IMG/VR virus record: IMGVR_UViG_3300037516_000306 | Coordinates: 1-64,000 of that record | From: a virus | DNA length: 64,000 bases | Strand: one strand, 5' to 3' | Part shown: one piece after another, positions 38,336-47,083 of the stretch | Layout of the letters: every line of letters starts with the position of its first letter | How positions within the stretch are numbered: the stretch's first letter is position 1 | The notes under the pieces: model-generated | What the model saw: only the letters and a program-made list of their open reading frames with translations | Told to the model about the DNA's origin: nothing | The model's database searches: none | Translations under genes and position numbers: made by a program

Positions 38336-39063
38336 TAATTAGTTGGTTTTGAGTTTGGTGATTGACCATCTATTCCTTCTTGACTAGTATCAGTTTTAAG
38401 ATTGAAGTATGTAGATAGAAGTTTTTGAGATGTAAGTTGTAGTACTTGTTGTTCTAAATATCCAGGAAGAGGAAACTCTTTATCTAATGGATTCTTACAT
38501 AGTTCTTCAGTAGTGTATTCTGGAGTTCCACATCCACATTCTGGATACATGATTTCATTTTCTACATCTTCTTCAAATAATGCAACAAATCTAATTGCTT
38601 TAAGTAAAGGATTGTTTACATATAGATATCCATTAGATATCCAATAGTATTCTTCTTTCTTGATTATAGGAAGCTTTAAAAGATTTATATATCTATTGAT
38701 AGTTATTTCTTTTAACTTTTTTCCTACACCACTCATAGCATTAATGGAATAAACTCCTTGTATTACATATTGGTAATTACCTTCTGATATACGTGGAAGT
38801 TTAAACTTAGTTCTAGCTATAGTACATTCATCTACATAATTACAACATTCAGAAATAGATACCTCTACCATTTCCAAACAAGGAATGGTAGTAAATAATG
38901 TATCAGTTGCCCAAAGCTTTCTTAGATTGGTTTCTCTCTTTATAAGTAATAAAGAGTTGTTTCTTATCTCAGATGCAATTGCTCTATCTGTAATAAGACT
39001 ATCTGTAGAAAGTATCTTGTGGACACTTCTAACATCTGATACTAATTTTCTTAATGTTGCCAT
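38335..39063 (-). CDS. Tail ring protein
   Basis: Synteny; LITDRAI...QYVIQGVYS...CKNPLDKEFPLP. Confidence 0.6.
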   Translation of the reverse strand: MATLRKLVSDVRSVHKILSTDSLITDRAIASEIRNNSLLLIKRETNLRKLWATDTLFTTIPCLEMVEVSISECCNYVDECTIARTKFKLPRISEGNYQYVIQGVYSINAMSGVGKKLKEITINRYINLLKLPIIKKEEYYWISNGYLYVNNPLLKAIRFVALFEEDVENEIMYPECGCGTPEYTTEELCKNPLDKEFPLPGYLEQQVLQLTSQKLLSTYFNLKTDTSQEGIDGQSPNSKPTN

Positions 39064-39065
39064 AA

Positions 39066-40289
39066 TTATATTCTTGTTTCGAACTCAGCAATCTTACCTA
39101 GTTTACTATCATATACTAAAGCTAAGGCAGCTCTTACTGAATGTACGTAGTTATTATCTAGGTGCCATCTATCAGTTCCTGAAAGACTAGGCATTTGTTG
39201 TATTCTTACACCTTTGACTTCTTTAGCCATGTAGTGATGTTTATCACCTGTATGTACTTCTCTATAGATAGCATTACCAAATGCTTGACTATATTGAGGA
39301 TGTGTTGCAAACAATAATGGTAGGTCTTCTAACTTACAGTTACCATGGTGCCATCCAATAAATGTATTTCCTAATGTTAATCCTTTAACTACACTATGCT
39401 CTCTGATAAAATCTACATCAAGATCTTCCTTGAAATAAACATCTAATGCATGAGCTAAGTAAAAAGATTTAGTTCTATCATGATTACCCTGTACAAGAAT
39501 GACAGTTACATCATTGGCATTCTGTCTTAACATGTTAATTGTATCTACAAGAATAGCAAATCCTAATTCATATTCAGAACTATAATCCATTATAGTATCT
39601 TGTGGAGTACCTTGTGTAGTTTGGTTTTGATAGTTATCAGTATGAAAGAAATCATTTGATATAGGTAACACTACAGTGTTTATATTGTAATTAGCTCTCA
39701 CTTTGTTAATCAAAGACTGAGCCACATTAAAATATCTTAAAGCTCTTCCTTCTGGACTATTATCACCATCTACAGTTCTTTTAGCTAAATGAAAATCAGA
39801 TAAAGATATTTCTATATCTACATAATCTTTCTCTATAGAATAGTTTTCTTTAGCAATTGATATGTTATTTGGTTTGTAGTTTTGTAAAAATTTAGCAAAG
39901 TCTTCAGGGGAATAATCTTTTGCTTGTTTTAGTTTTGAAAAGACTGAGGAAGTAAACTTCCCACTTGGTAACATCTTAGACCAGTAGTTGGTTATGATGT
40001 ATTTATCTAAATTTATCTTATGTAGCTTAGCTAGTTCAATATCATTTTTAGGTTCATAGTCAGATATGATTGTACTTTCTAGTGTACCTTTTTCAACATT
40101 AACTTTACGTTCTTCTGTATAGTTTCTTGCTATCTCTGAAGGTTGTTCATTATCTTTTTCTTTAAGTTCTCTCATGAGCTCACTCACTTCAAACTCACTT
40201 ATTCCTAATCTTTCAGCATAGAACTTTTTACTTTTCTTTTGCGTTAATAACTCTTCTAATTGGTATAACAAGTGTTGATTTTCAGACAT
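39066..40289 (-). CDS. HTH plus calcineurin-like metallophosphoesterase
   Basis: SDFH, NDFFHTDN, GNHD, HHG, GDKHH motifs; N-terminal AERLGISEFEV HTH. Confidence 0.85.
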   Translation of the reverse strand: MSENQHLLYQLEELLTQKKSKKFYAERLGISEFEVSELMRELKEKDNEQPSEIARNYTEERKVNVEKGTLESTIISDYEPKNDIELAKLHKINLDKYIITNYWSKMLPSGKFTSSVFSKLKQAKDYSPEDFAKFLQNYKPNNISIAKENYSIEKDYVDIEISLSDFHLAKRTVDGDNSPEGRALRYFNVAQSLINKVRANYNINTVVLPISNDFFHTDNYQNQTTQGTPQDTIMDYSSEYELGFAILVDTINMLRQNANDVTVILVQGNHDRTKSFYLAHALDVYFKEDLDVDFIREHSVVKGLTLGNTFIGWHHGNCKLEDLPLLFATHPQYSQAFGNAIYREVHTGDKHHYMAKEVKGVRIQQMPSLSGTDRWHLDNNYVHSVRAALALVYDSKLGKIAEFETRI

Positions 40290-40317
40290 ATGTATTTATA
40301 TTAGTTAAAAAATATTG

Positions 40318-40350
40318 TAAAGATAAACAATTGTTTTTATATATTCCAAA
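40318..40350 (-). promoter_or_regulatory. sigma-A-like promoter TTTG-N21-TATCTTTA
   Basis: Near consensus; intergenic, downstream of a terminator. Confidence 0.6.
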
Positions 40351-40374
40351 TAATTTTAGTTAGAGATAGAATTA

Positions 40375-40397
40375 TTTATAACTAAATTAGTTATAAA
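40375..40397. promoter_or_regulatory. Perfect 23-bp palindromic operator candidate, copy 2 (TTTATAACTAA-A-TTAGTTATAAA)
   Basis: 11-bp arms; same 24-nt spacing to the -33 element as copy 1. Confidence 0.7.
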
Positions 40398-40399
40398 AC

Positions 40400-40432
40400 A
40401 AAAACTCCCCAAGAAAAATCTTGAGGAGAAAA
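40400..40432 (-). terminator. Intrinsic terminator after the fibre cluster
   Basis: CTCCTCAAG-loop-CTTGGGGAG followed by TTTTTG on the minus strand. Confidence 0.7.
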
Positions 40433-40463
40433 CTTGTAAAACCAACAAAACAAGATTTTTTTA

Positions 40464-40715
40464 TTAAGTTAAGGTAGTTGTAGTGGTTGTTGTCACTTGA
40501 TCTAGTACTATATCTATATAGTTAGTACAATCTCCTGTTGATAACACTCTAACTACTGTTGTGTAATCAGGAACTAAAGAAGAAGAATATCCTGTAAGTA
40601 AAGCTGTTTTATCTACTCCTGATTCAAATGCTGTTACATATCCATCTAGATTTGAATACAGGTTGAAGGGGCCTGAATCAGCCCCAGCAACTGTTAATGT
40701 TATTAATACTGTCAT
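40464..40715 (-). CDS. Stand-alone GPF anchor-domain protein with a poly-Thr tail (83 aa)
   Basis: MTVLITLT...GPFNLYS...VRVLSTGDCTNYIDI; paralogue of the 42043 N-terminus. Confidence 0.7.
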   Translation of the reverse strand: MTVLITLTVAGADSGPFNLYSNLDGYVTAFESGVDKTALLTGYSSSLVPDYTTVVRVLSTGDCTNYIDIVLDQVTTTTTTTLT

Positions 40716-40732
40716 ATATTATTGATTTTAAA

Positions 40733-42043
40733 TTAAAACGGACAAGGTCCTATTATATTAAATAGTACACCTCCTGTTGAGTAAACATTAGTTGCACAGC
40801 CAGTACCTGTTTCACCTGGTCCATAAGGAACAGTAGAGACAACACCTGTGTCACAATCAGTCACAACTAAATCTCCTCCAACATCTCCTGAATCATAAGA
40901 ATATTCAAAACAATATCCTGTACAACCTGCTCCTTCTGTTGTGTCTGCTGGAAAGTTATCACTAATTAAAGGAGATTGAGCACATATTGTTATTGAAGGA
41001 TCTAGTTCTCCTAAATTAATAGTAAGTGGAGTTGATCCACCACATGGTGTGTATTGTACTGTATGTATCTCACCAGCAACTGGATCTATTAGATATTGTG
41101 CACATGTAGGAATACCTGTAGTTGTACTTGTAGTTGTAGATGTAGATGGTGTTGGTATACAGCATGGACCGAAAGCTTCTACAGTAAAGGATACAGTTGC
41201 TGATAATGAATTTCTATTCAAACATGCAGGATCATCAAGACCAATAAATACGTTTGGACCTGAAACTATAGCTACTGATTTAGGAGTACCAAAACAATCT
41301 TCATAGTTAAATGTACCAGCTCCATCTGCAATAATACTTACATACTCAACACATGGACACACAGTAGTAGTGGTTGTAGTTGTTGGCGGTATAGTAGTAG
41401 TAGTAGTTGTTGTTTGACAAGCTCCTAAAATACAAGGATCTCCAACTGTAATTATTACACTAGGATCATTCGCAGATGGTAGAGATCCACAAAGTTTTAC
41501 AGTTTCATTACCACCAATACCTATATTGAATAGTTCAACATTATCACAAGTAGTATATCCAAACAAATGAGGATTTTCATCTGTATTTACAAATGTTAAA
41601 CAATTACAAGCAATAACTGTTGTTGTTGAAGTTGTTGTACTAGAACTACTTGTAGTAGTTGATGTAGTACTACTTGAGGTACTAGTTGTTGTACTTGTAG
41701 GAGGAACAGTAGTTGTACTAGTTGATGTAGAACTACTTGTACTGGTTGTAGTGCTCGTAGGAGGAACTGTAGTAGTAGATGTAGTTGTACTACTAGAACT
41801 GGTAGTAGTAGTTGTAGTAATTAAATTGATTGGTATATCAATATAATTTGTACATGGTGCAATAGATCTCACTCTAATGATTGTTGTTCCAGGAGGTACA
41901 TTAAATGATATAAATCCAGCTGTTAAAACAAGTGCAGATATATTTGTTTCAAATGGTAGGACATACCCATCTGTATCTGAATAAAGATTAAAAGGACCTG
42001 CAATCCCACCAGGTGGTATGGTTAATGTTATTAAGACTGTCAT
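40733..42043 (-). CDS. Thr/Cys-rich modular fibre/decoration protein
   Basis: GPF anchor domain, a long T/S tract, then four Cys-bounded modules. Confidence 0.7.
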   Translation of the reverse strand: MTVLITLTIPPGGIAGPFNLYSDTDGYVLPFETNISALVLTAGFISFNVPPGTTIIRVRSIAPCTNYIDIPINLITTTTTTSSSSTTTSTTTVPPTSTTTSTSSSTSTSTTTVPPTSTTTSTSSSTTSTTTSSSSTTTSTTTVIACNCLTFVNTDENPHLFGYTTCDNVELFNIGIGGNETVKLCGSLPSANDPSVIITVGDPCILGACQTTTTTTTIPPTTTTTTTVCPCVEYVSIIADGAGTFNYEDCFGTPKSVAIVSGPNVFIGLDDPACLNRNSLSATVSFTVEAFGPCCIPTPSTSTTTSTTTGIPTCAQYLIDPVAGEIHTVQYTPCGGSTPLTINLGELDPSITICAQSPLISDNFPADTTEGAGCTGYCFEYSYDSGDVGGDLVVTDCDTGVVSTVPYGPGETGTGCATNVYSTGGVLFNIIGPCPF

Positions 42044-42079
42044 ATTTTTATATGTTAATTTATGTTAATTTATATTAGT

Positions 42080-42379
42080 TTATGATAATTGATTAGCAGT
42101 TCCAGTAAAGTCACATACATTACAACATACAGCAAGTTGATTATATATGTCAGTTATATTATTATTAATATTTGTTATACTGTTGTTAATATCTGTTACA
42201 TTTATTGTAATTTCATTTACACCAATTATAGCATCACATATAATAGCATCAAACTTAGCAAGGATAGTATTTAAATTATCACATGTATTCACATCTGAAC
42301 AAGGAAGTGGAGTACCATCATATGTGATAGTACTCGTTCCTTGTATTGTTGTATTATTTATTTGAGAGCAATTTCCCAT
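42080..42379 (-). CDS. Short fibre protein, truncated paralogue of 42413-44026
   Basis: TITYDGTPLPC...NLNTILAKFDAIIC, Ile/Asn heptads, C-term CDFTGTANQL. Confidence 0.7.
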   Translation of the reverse strand: MGNCSQINNTTIQGTSTITYDGTPLPCSDVNTCDNLNTILAKFDAIICDAIIGVNEITINVTDINNSITNINNNITDIYNQLAVCCNVCDFTGTANQLS

Positions 42380-42412
42380 TTTAAATTTTTATTTAAATTA
42401 CTGTTGCTTGTA

Positions 42413-44026
42413 TTAATCTTGTATTAATCTTACTGAGAAACCAAGTGTTGGAGTACTACCAAAATTTCTATAAACAATTCCATCAGCAGGAGTCATTAGG
42501 CGATAATAATAATCTGTAGAAGGAAGAAGTGATGAAGGCCACCAATTACCACTAAAACCAAGATTACTAAATGCACCAAAACTATCTCGTAGACCTCCTC
42601 CAAGTGCTGAAAAGCCAGTACTATTAGTAGCATCTATATTATTAACATTCCAGTGACATAATCCTGTTTGTTTTAATGCACTACCAGCAACGCTTGAACC
42701 TCCTAAAAATGTAGTTAGCGTTGTCCATTCTGCATCACTTGGAACATGATAACCTGTTGGAGCTAATCCCCTTGGATCATTTACAGCGTACCAGTTGTAT
42801 ATTTTTCCATAAATTGGTCCATTTGCTGAATCATTATTGTAGTAACACCATGCAGGAGTAGTTAATGCTGCCCAAGCAGTTGGATCACTTACTTCTGGAA
42901 TAGGATCACCATTTGCAAAAGTAGTAATATTTAGATTACATCCAGTCCACACTTGAGTTCCAATTGTTACATTACCTGGTATACAATTTACACATACAGT
43001 TGTTGTTGTAGTAGTTGTTGGTGCTACAGTGGTAGTAGATGTAGTAGTAGAACTAGAACTACTAGTTGTTGTTGTAGTTGTTGGATCTGGAAGTTGATTA
43101 GCAGTTCCAGTGAAGTTACAATTTGGTATAGCAGTTGTTGTTGTAGTAGTTGTAATTCCAGGACATAATCCACCAATACAATCAGCTCCAACTGTAATTA
43201 ATACAAGATCACTGTCTGCAGATGCACAACATCCACAAAATTGTGATGTTTGATTTGCAGCAATTGTAAAATCAATAGGCTCTCCAAGACAATTATTATA
43301 TAAAATATTATGGCTTGCACTACTATCTGTATTTTCAAATGTCAAACATTCACAAGGAATTGGTGTTGTTGTTGTAGTGGTAGTAGGTGCTATTGTCGTA
43401 GTACTAGTTGATGTTGATGATGTTGTACTTGTAGTTGGAGGAAAGCAAGGACCATTTGGAATCACTATAATAGTTCCAGGAACAGTTAGAGGACTATCTG
43501 TTACAACACAAATATTTGTATCTCCTGGATATAGTATAATAGCGTCTGGCTCTTGTGTTGTACAATCAGTAATAATTATAGCTACTGGTACATCTCCTGT
43601 ATTAGTTAATGAGAAGTTTTCACAAAGACGTATTGTTGTTGTACTTGTTGTAGTAGGTACAGCAGTAGTAGAAGTTGTTGTTGTACAACATTCACCTAAT
43701 ATATTATATATGTTAGTAATATTATTGTTGATATTAGTAATCTCATTCTTAATATTAATAATTTCAATATTTAATATATTAATCTGTGTTAATAGATTAC
43801 ATATAATCTCATCAATCTTTTGTAATATCACATTAAGTGTATCACATGGTTCAGCTGTCGTACAACTTAATGCAGGACCATCATAAACAATAGTGCTAGA
43901 AGCAGTTAAATGAGTACCACATGGATTGTTACAACCACCATTGGTGATTGTAGAACTACATCCACAAGGACTATTTAAAACTACATCTGTACAGCAAGGA
44001 TTTACTGGTAAATATGGATATGCCAT
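42413..44026 (-). CDS. Fibre protein with a C-terminal Fibrobacter succinogenes major paralogous (FISUMP) domain
   Basis: VTIGTQVW...NL, WCYYNND, YGKIYNWYAV, LAPTGYHVPSDAEW, NSTGFSALGGG, GFSVRLIQD. Confidence 0.8.
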   Translation of the reverse strand: MAYPYLPVNPCCTDVVLNSPCGCSSTITNGGCNNPCGTHLTASSTIVYDGPALSCTTAEPCDTLNVILQKIDEIICNLLTQINILNIEIINIKNEITNINNNITNIYNILGECCTTTTSTTAVPTTTSTTTIRLCENFSLTNTGDVPVAIIITDCTTQEPDAIILYPGDTNICVVTDSPLTVPGTIIVIPNGPCFPPTTSTTSSTSTSTTTIAPTTTTTTTPIPCECLTFENTDSSASHNILYNNCLGEPIDFTIAANQTSQFCGCCASADSDLVLITVGADCIGGLCPGITTTTTTTAIPNCNFTGTANQLPDPTTTTTTSSSSSTTTSTTTVAPTTTTTTTVCVNCIPGNVTIGTQVWTGCNLNITTFANGDPIPEVSDPTAWAALTTPAWCYYNNDSANGPIYGKIYNWYAVNDPRGLAPTGYHVPSDAEWTTLTTFLGGSSVAGSALKQTGLCHWNVNNIDATNSTGFSALGGGLRDSFGAFSNLGFSGNWWPSSLLPSTDYYYRLMTPADGIVYRNFGSTPTLGFSVRLIQD

Positions 44027-44038
44027 TTTATTGATTTA

Positions 44039-45160
44039 TTAATAAGGTTTATACATAATCCAATAACAAGCTGTTACTGGTTGAATGTTTGAATGAGGAA
44101 GTCCTCCACCTGCTGGACCAGCTACATTATTTATTGAAACTGTAATTCCTGTTGATGCTGGTGCTGTAAAAAATGTAGATTGCAAAGGTGTATTATTAGT
44201 ATTTGCATTCTGAAATTGTCTTGTAGTACTACCTGTATCCAATATTCCCAATACACCTTTTCCAGTTGGTCCAACTTGATGTGTGTGTGTAGGATCATTA
44301 ACAATTGCTGTATTAGCATGTGTATGTAAAGGAATTTGTGTAGATGATAATGTAATTTGATTTGCACCAACTTCATCAAAAATAGCATAGTTTGGATTAC
44401 CAGATCCAGGACTTGGAAGAACAGATGGATCTAGTGAATTTCCAGGAACATTAACAATTGCACCTGTTAAAGCTCTACCTCTTAAATCAGGAGTTCCATT
44501 CTCTCCATTACATAGATATATTTTTTCCCAAGGACTACCTATTATACCAGCTCCTGTACTATTAAAATATGAAAGAGATCCAAAATAAGGAACCACTGAG
44601 AATGGAACCATTTTATTACTAATTAATCCAGTAGATAAACTATCTAAATAATCTTGGATTAATGTGTTAAGTTGATCTAATTGTACATACGTATCTGGTA
44701 GATCCATTACTAACTGATCAAACTCATCTCTTAATGTACAAAGTGCAGTGATTGTAGCTTGTAATACAGAATGTGTATCTGAAGAACTTGTTACTCCTGT
44801 TAAACATCCAACATTATAATCTCCATTCAATATTGCAAGTTCTGCTACAATAACATCAACTTGATCTTGAAGATCACAAGTAGATTTTATAATAGCTGAT
44901 AGTATATCATTTAATGAAAGATCTCCACAGTTAGGTAGATTTGCTTGAACTAAATCACAAATAATCTGAGGATCAATAATAGGTTTGATTCCTGTACCAT
45001 CTATTGCAGATGTAAGGAATGTAATCAATGCTTGTTCTACAAATGATAATGAATCACCAGTTTGAATTCCTAGGACAGGAACATCTATTCCTGTATATTT
45101 AACACATCTGTCAGAGACAATCTCTGTACATCCGTTATAACAATTTGAGCAATTGGACAT
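44039..45160 (-). CDS. Tail fibre with phage tail-collar domain and HxH tip motifs
   Basis: YLCNGENGTPDLRGR, QIPLHTH, DPTHTH, HSNIQP...WIM. Confidence 0.8.
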   Translation of the reverse strand: MSNCSNCYNGCTEIVSDRCVKYTGIDVPVLGIQTGDSLSFVEQALITFLTSAIDGTGIKPIIDPQIICDLVQANLPNCGDLSLNDILSAIIKSTCDLQDQVDVIVAELAILNGDYNVGCLTGVTSSSDTHSVLQATITALCTLRDEFDQLVMDLPDTYVQLDQLNTLIQDYLDSLSTGLISNKMVPFSVVPYFGSLSYFNSTGAGIIGSPWEKIYLCNGENGTPDLRGRALTGAIVNVPGNSLDPSVLPSPGSGNPNYAIFDEVGANQITLSSTQIPLHTHANTAIVNDPTHTHQVGPTGKGVLGILDTGSTTRQFQNANTNNTPLQSTFFTAPASTGITVSINNVAGPAGGGLPHSNIQPVTACYWIMYKPY

Positions 45161-45188
45161 GTTATTTTATTTTAAGTTATTGTTTATA

Positions 45189-46352
45189 TTATAAAGCATC
45201 AAAGTGCGTATAGATTGTTCTAATTCCACTTGGAGCTAATGTTGTTGTTGTGCTTGTAGTTGAACTAGTAGAACTTGTTGTTGTACTTGTTGAACTACTG
45301 CTAGTAGTGGTAGTAGATGAAGTAGGTTCAATACCACATATATACATATCAAATCCAGTTCCATTTAAACTTCCAGGATTATTTCCTGTTATTGTAATTG
45401 TATTGAAAGGTGCATCTGCAACCACTTCAATATTTCCTCCTGTACGCTGTTCTGGTGAAGGCATAGAACCTGCAACAACATTTGGAGCTTCAACTCTAAA
45501 GTCATTACATCCAGCTAATTCTGTTACTACTGTATTTGCAGCATTTGTTGTAAATGTATAATATTCTGATATACCTAATTGGTCAGCATAACCCATTCCA
45601 TACATTACAAATTTTACTGCAGTTTGAGCAGTACTATATGTTATTGTAAATGTAAAAGCTCCATCACTATAATTTAAAAAAATTGATCCACCTGTTCCAA
45701 CATCTCCACCAAATTGTCCACCTACACAATTAATAAAAGGAGGACTTGGTAAACTAAGTAGTGGTAACGCTCCTGTATATGTAGTGCTAACTACTAATCC
45801 AGAACTAAGTGTCATAGTTCCATCACCTGTATATCTATTTGGAAAACCTACAGGACCATAATAACCAACAGGACATCCTGCTGTAGAATTACTTGTGGTA
45901 GATGTAGTAGTTGTACTTGTTGAACTTGAACTTGTTGTTGTTGTAGTTGGTATTGCAGTTGTACTAGTACTGGTTGTAGATGTACTAGTTGAACTTGTAG
46001 TAGTTGTAGTTCTTACAGGATTTGGTACAATAATAATATCACAAGGTTCCTCTAAACAACGTTCTGGTTCATTACATCTACTAACACATCCTAATGTAAG
46101 ACGTATCACTCTACTAGCTATCATCTTAACAGAGTACTTACATACGTAGTTAGGATTACAATACTTATAAGTTAATATTCTCCTGTAACCTATTAACTGA
46201 AGAATGTCATCAGCAGGTACTGGTTTATTTAACATATACGATATGTTATTATATAAATTATTGCCAAGCTCAGCTAACTTACAATCTATCTTTTTAAGTA
46301 AAGAAGGTATATCAGCGCATTCTGGGCAATTATTTAGTCTTGGTGATAACAT
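45189..46352 (-). CDS. Putative tail hub protein with a Thr-linked accessory domain
   Basis: Cys-rich helical N-terminal ~110 aa, then T/S tract, ~190-aa beta-rich domain, second T/S tract; synteny. Confidence 0.5.
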   Translation of the reverse strand: MLSPRLNNCPECADIPSLLKKIDCKLAELGNNLYNNISYMLNKPVPADDILQLIGYRRILTYKYCNPNYVCKYSVKMIASRVIRLTLGCVSRCNEPERCLEEPCDIIIVPNPVRTTTTTSSTSTSTTSTSTTAIPTTTTTSSSSTSTTTTSTTSNSTAGCPVGYYGPVGFPNRYTGDGTMTLSSGLVVSTTYTGALPLLSLPSPPFINCVGGQFGGDVGTGGSIFLNYSDGAFTFTITYSTAQTAVKFVMYGMGYADQLGISEYYTFTTNAANTVVTELAGCNDFRVEAPNVVAGSMPSPEQRTGGNIEVVADAPFNTITITGNNPGSLNGTGFDMYICGIEPTSSTTTTSSSSTSTTTSSTSSTTSTTTTLAPSGIRTIYTHFDAL

Positions 46353-46364
46353 AGTATTAATTTT

Positions 46365-46460
46365 TTATTTGTTTACTTTAGAAGCGCATTGTCCGCATAG
46401 TCCATCTCTCAATTGACATCCACACCCCACATTAGCTCCACATGAATTACATTGTGCCAT
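46365..46460 (-). CDS. 31-aa Cys-rich micro-protein MAQCNSCGANVGCGCQLRDGLCGQCASKVNK
   Basis: ATG 2 nt after the upstream stop; fills the intergenic gap; 6 Cys. Confidence 0.7.
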   Translation of the reverse strand: MAQCNSCGANVGCGCQLRDGLCGQCASKVNK

Positions 46461-46462
46461 AA

Positions 46463-47026
46463 TTAATAAAAGTTTATTTGGTAGTTGTTACCTGAACAAC
46501 CACAGTTGGTTCTTAAAAAGTTATCTAACATATTATCTGCCTGTACATATAATGTATTTGATTCATATTCTGCACAGTTATTAGCTGCAGCAATAGCTCC
46601 TTGAATAAAGAAGTTAATTGTGTTTAATTGAACACTAGATTGTGTTTTAAGTGCTCTGTCGCACTCCATCATATTTAATTGCAAAAACGCATTGTCAAAC
46701 TTCTCTTGAAGTCTATCAACACGTAATATTGTTTTCTCCACATAGTTTGCATATGCAGGAGCAACAGAATATCTTAATCTGTACACTCCATCTGGAAGTG
46801 GTTGATTACAACCAGGATCTGTAATTCCTAAATTAGAAGATGTAAATACATTTAATTGGTCAGGAACAAAAGGTAAAATCTTGGTTCCGAATCCTGGTAT
46901 ATCAATCTCAATAGATGGTGCTGAGACCACTGGAGGATTGGTAGGATATACAGAAGCATCTGCAACACCAAGAGTATTAACATCGTAAGTAGGTACTACT
47001 AGTATATCTAATTGTAAGTTTGCCAT
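46463..47026 (-). CDS. Putative tail hub/structural protein
   Basis: LPDGVYRLRYSVAP motif; synteny after the auxiliary capsid gene. Confidence 0.55.
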   Translation of the reverse strand: MANLQLDILVVPTYDVNTLGVADASVYPTNPPVVSAPSIEIDIPGFGTKILPFVPDQLNVFTSSNLGITDPGCNQPLPDGVYRLRYSVAPAYANYVEKTILRVDRLQEKFDNAFLQLNMMECDRALKTQSSVQLNTINFFIQGAIAAANNCAEYESNTLYVQADNMLDNFLRTNCGCSGNNYQINFY

Positions 47027-47042
47027 GTTGTTTTTAAATAAA

Positions 47043-47083
47043 TATGCCAGAGGAATGTGAGTTATCCTCTTTCCCCTGGCATA
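47043..47083 (-). terminator. Long hairpin (terminator or processing site) after the auxiliary capsid gene
   Basis: TATGCCAG...CTGGCATA inverted repeat; short U tract. Confidence 0.55.

Noticed and set aside
42413-42600. Diversity-generating retroelement target
   Set aside because: No reverse transcriptase or adenine-variant template repeat in this window; cannot be excluded elsewhere in the genome
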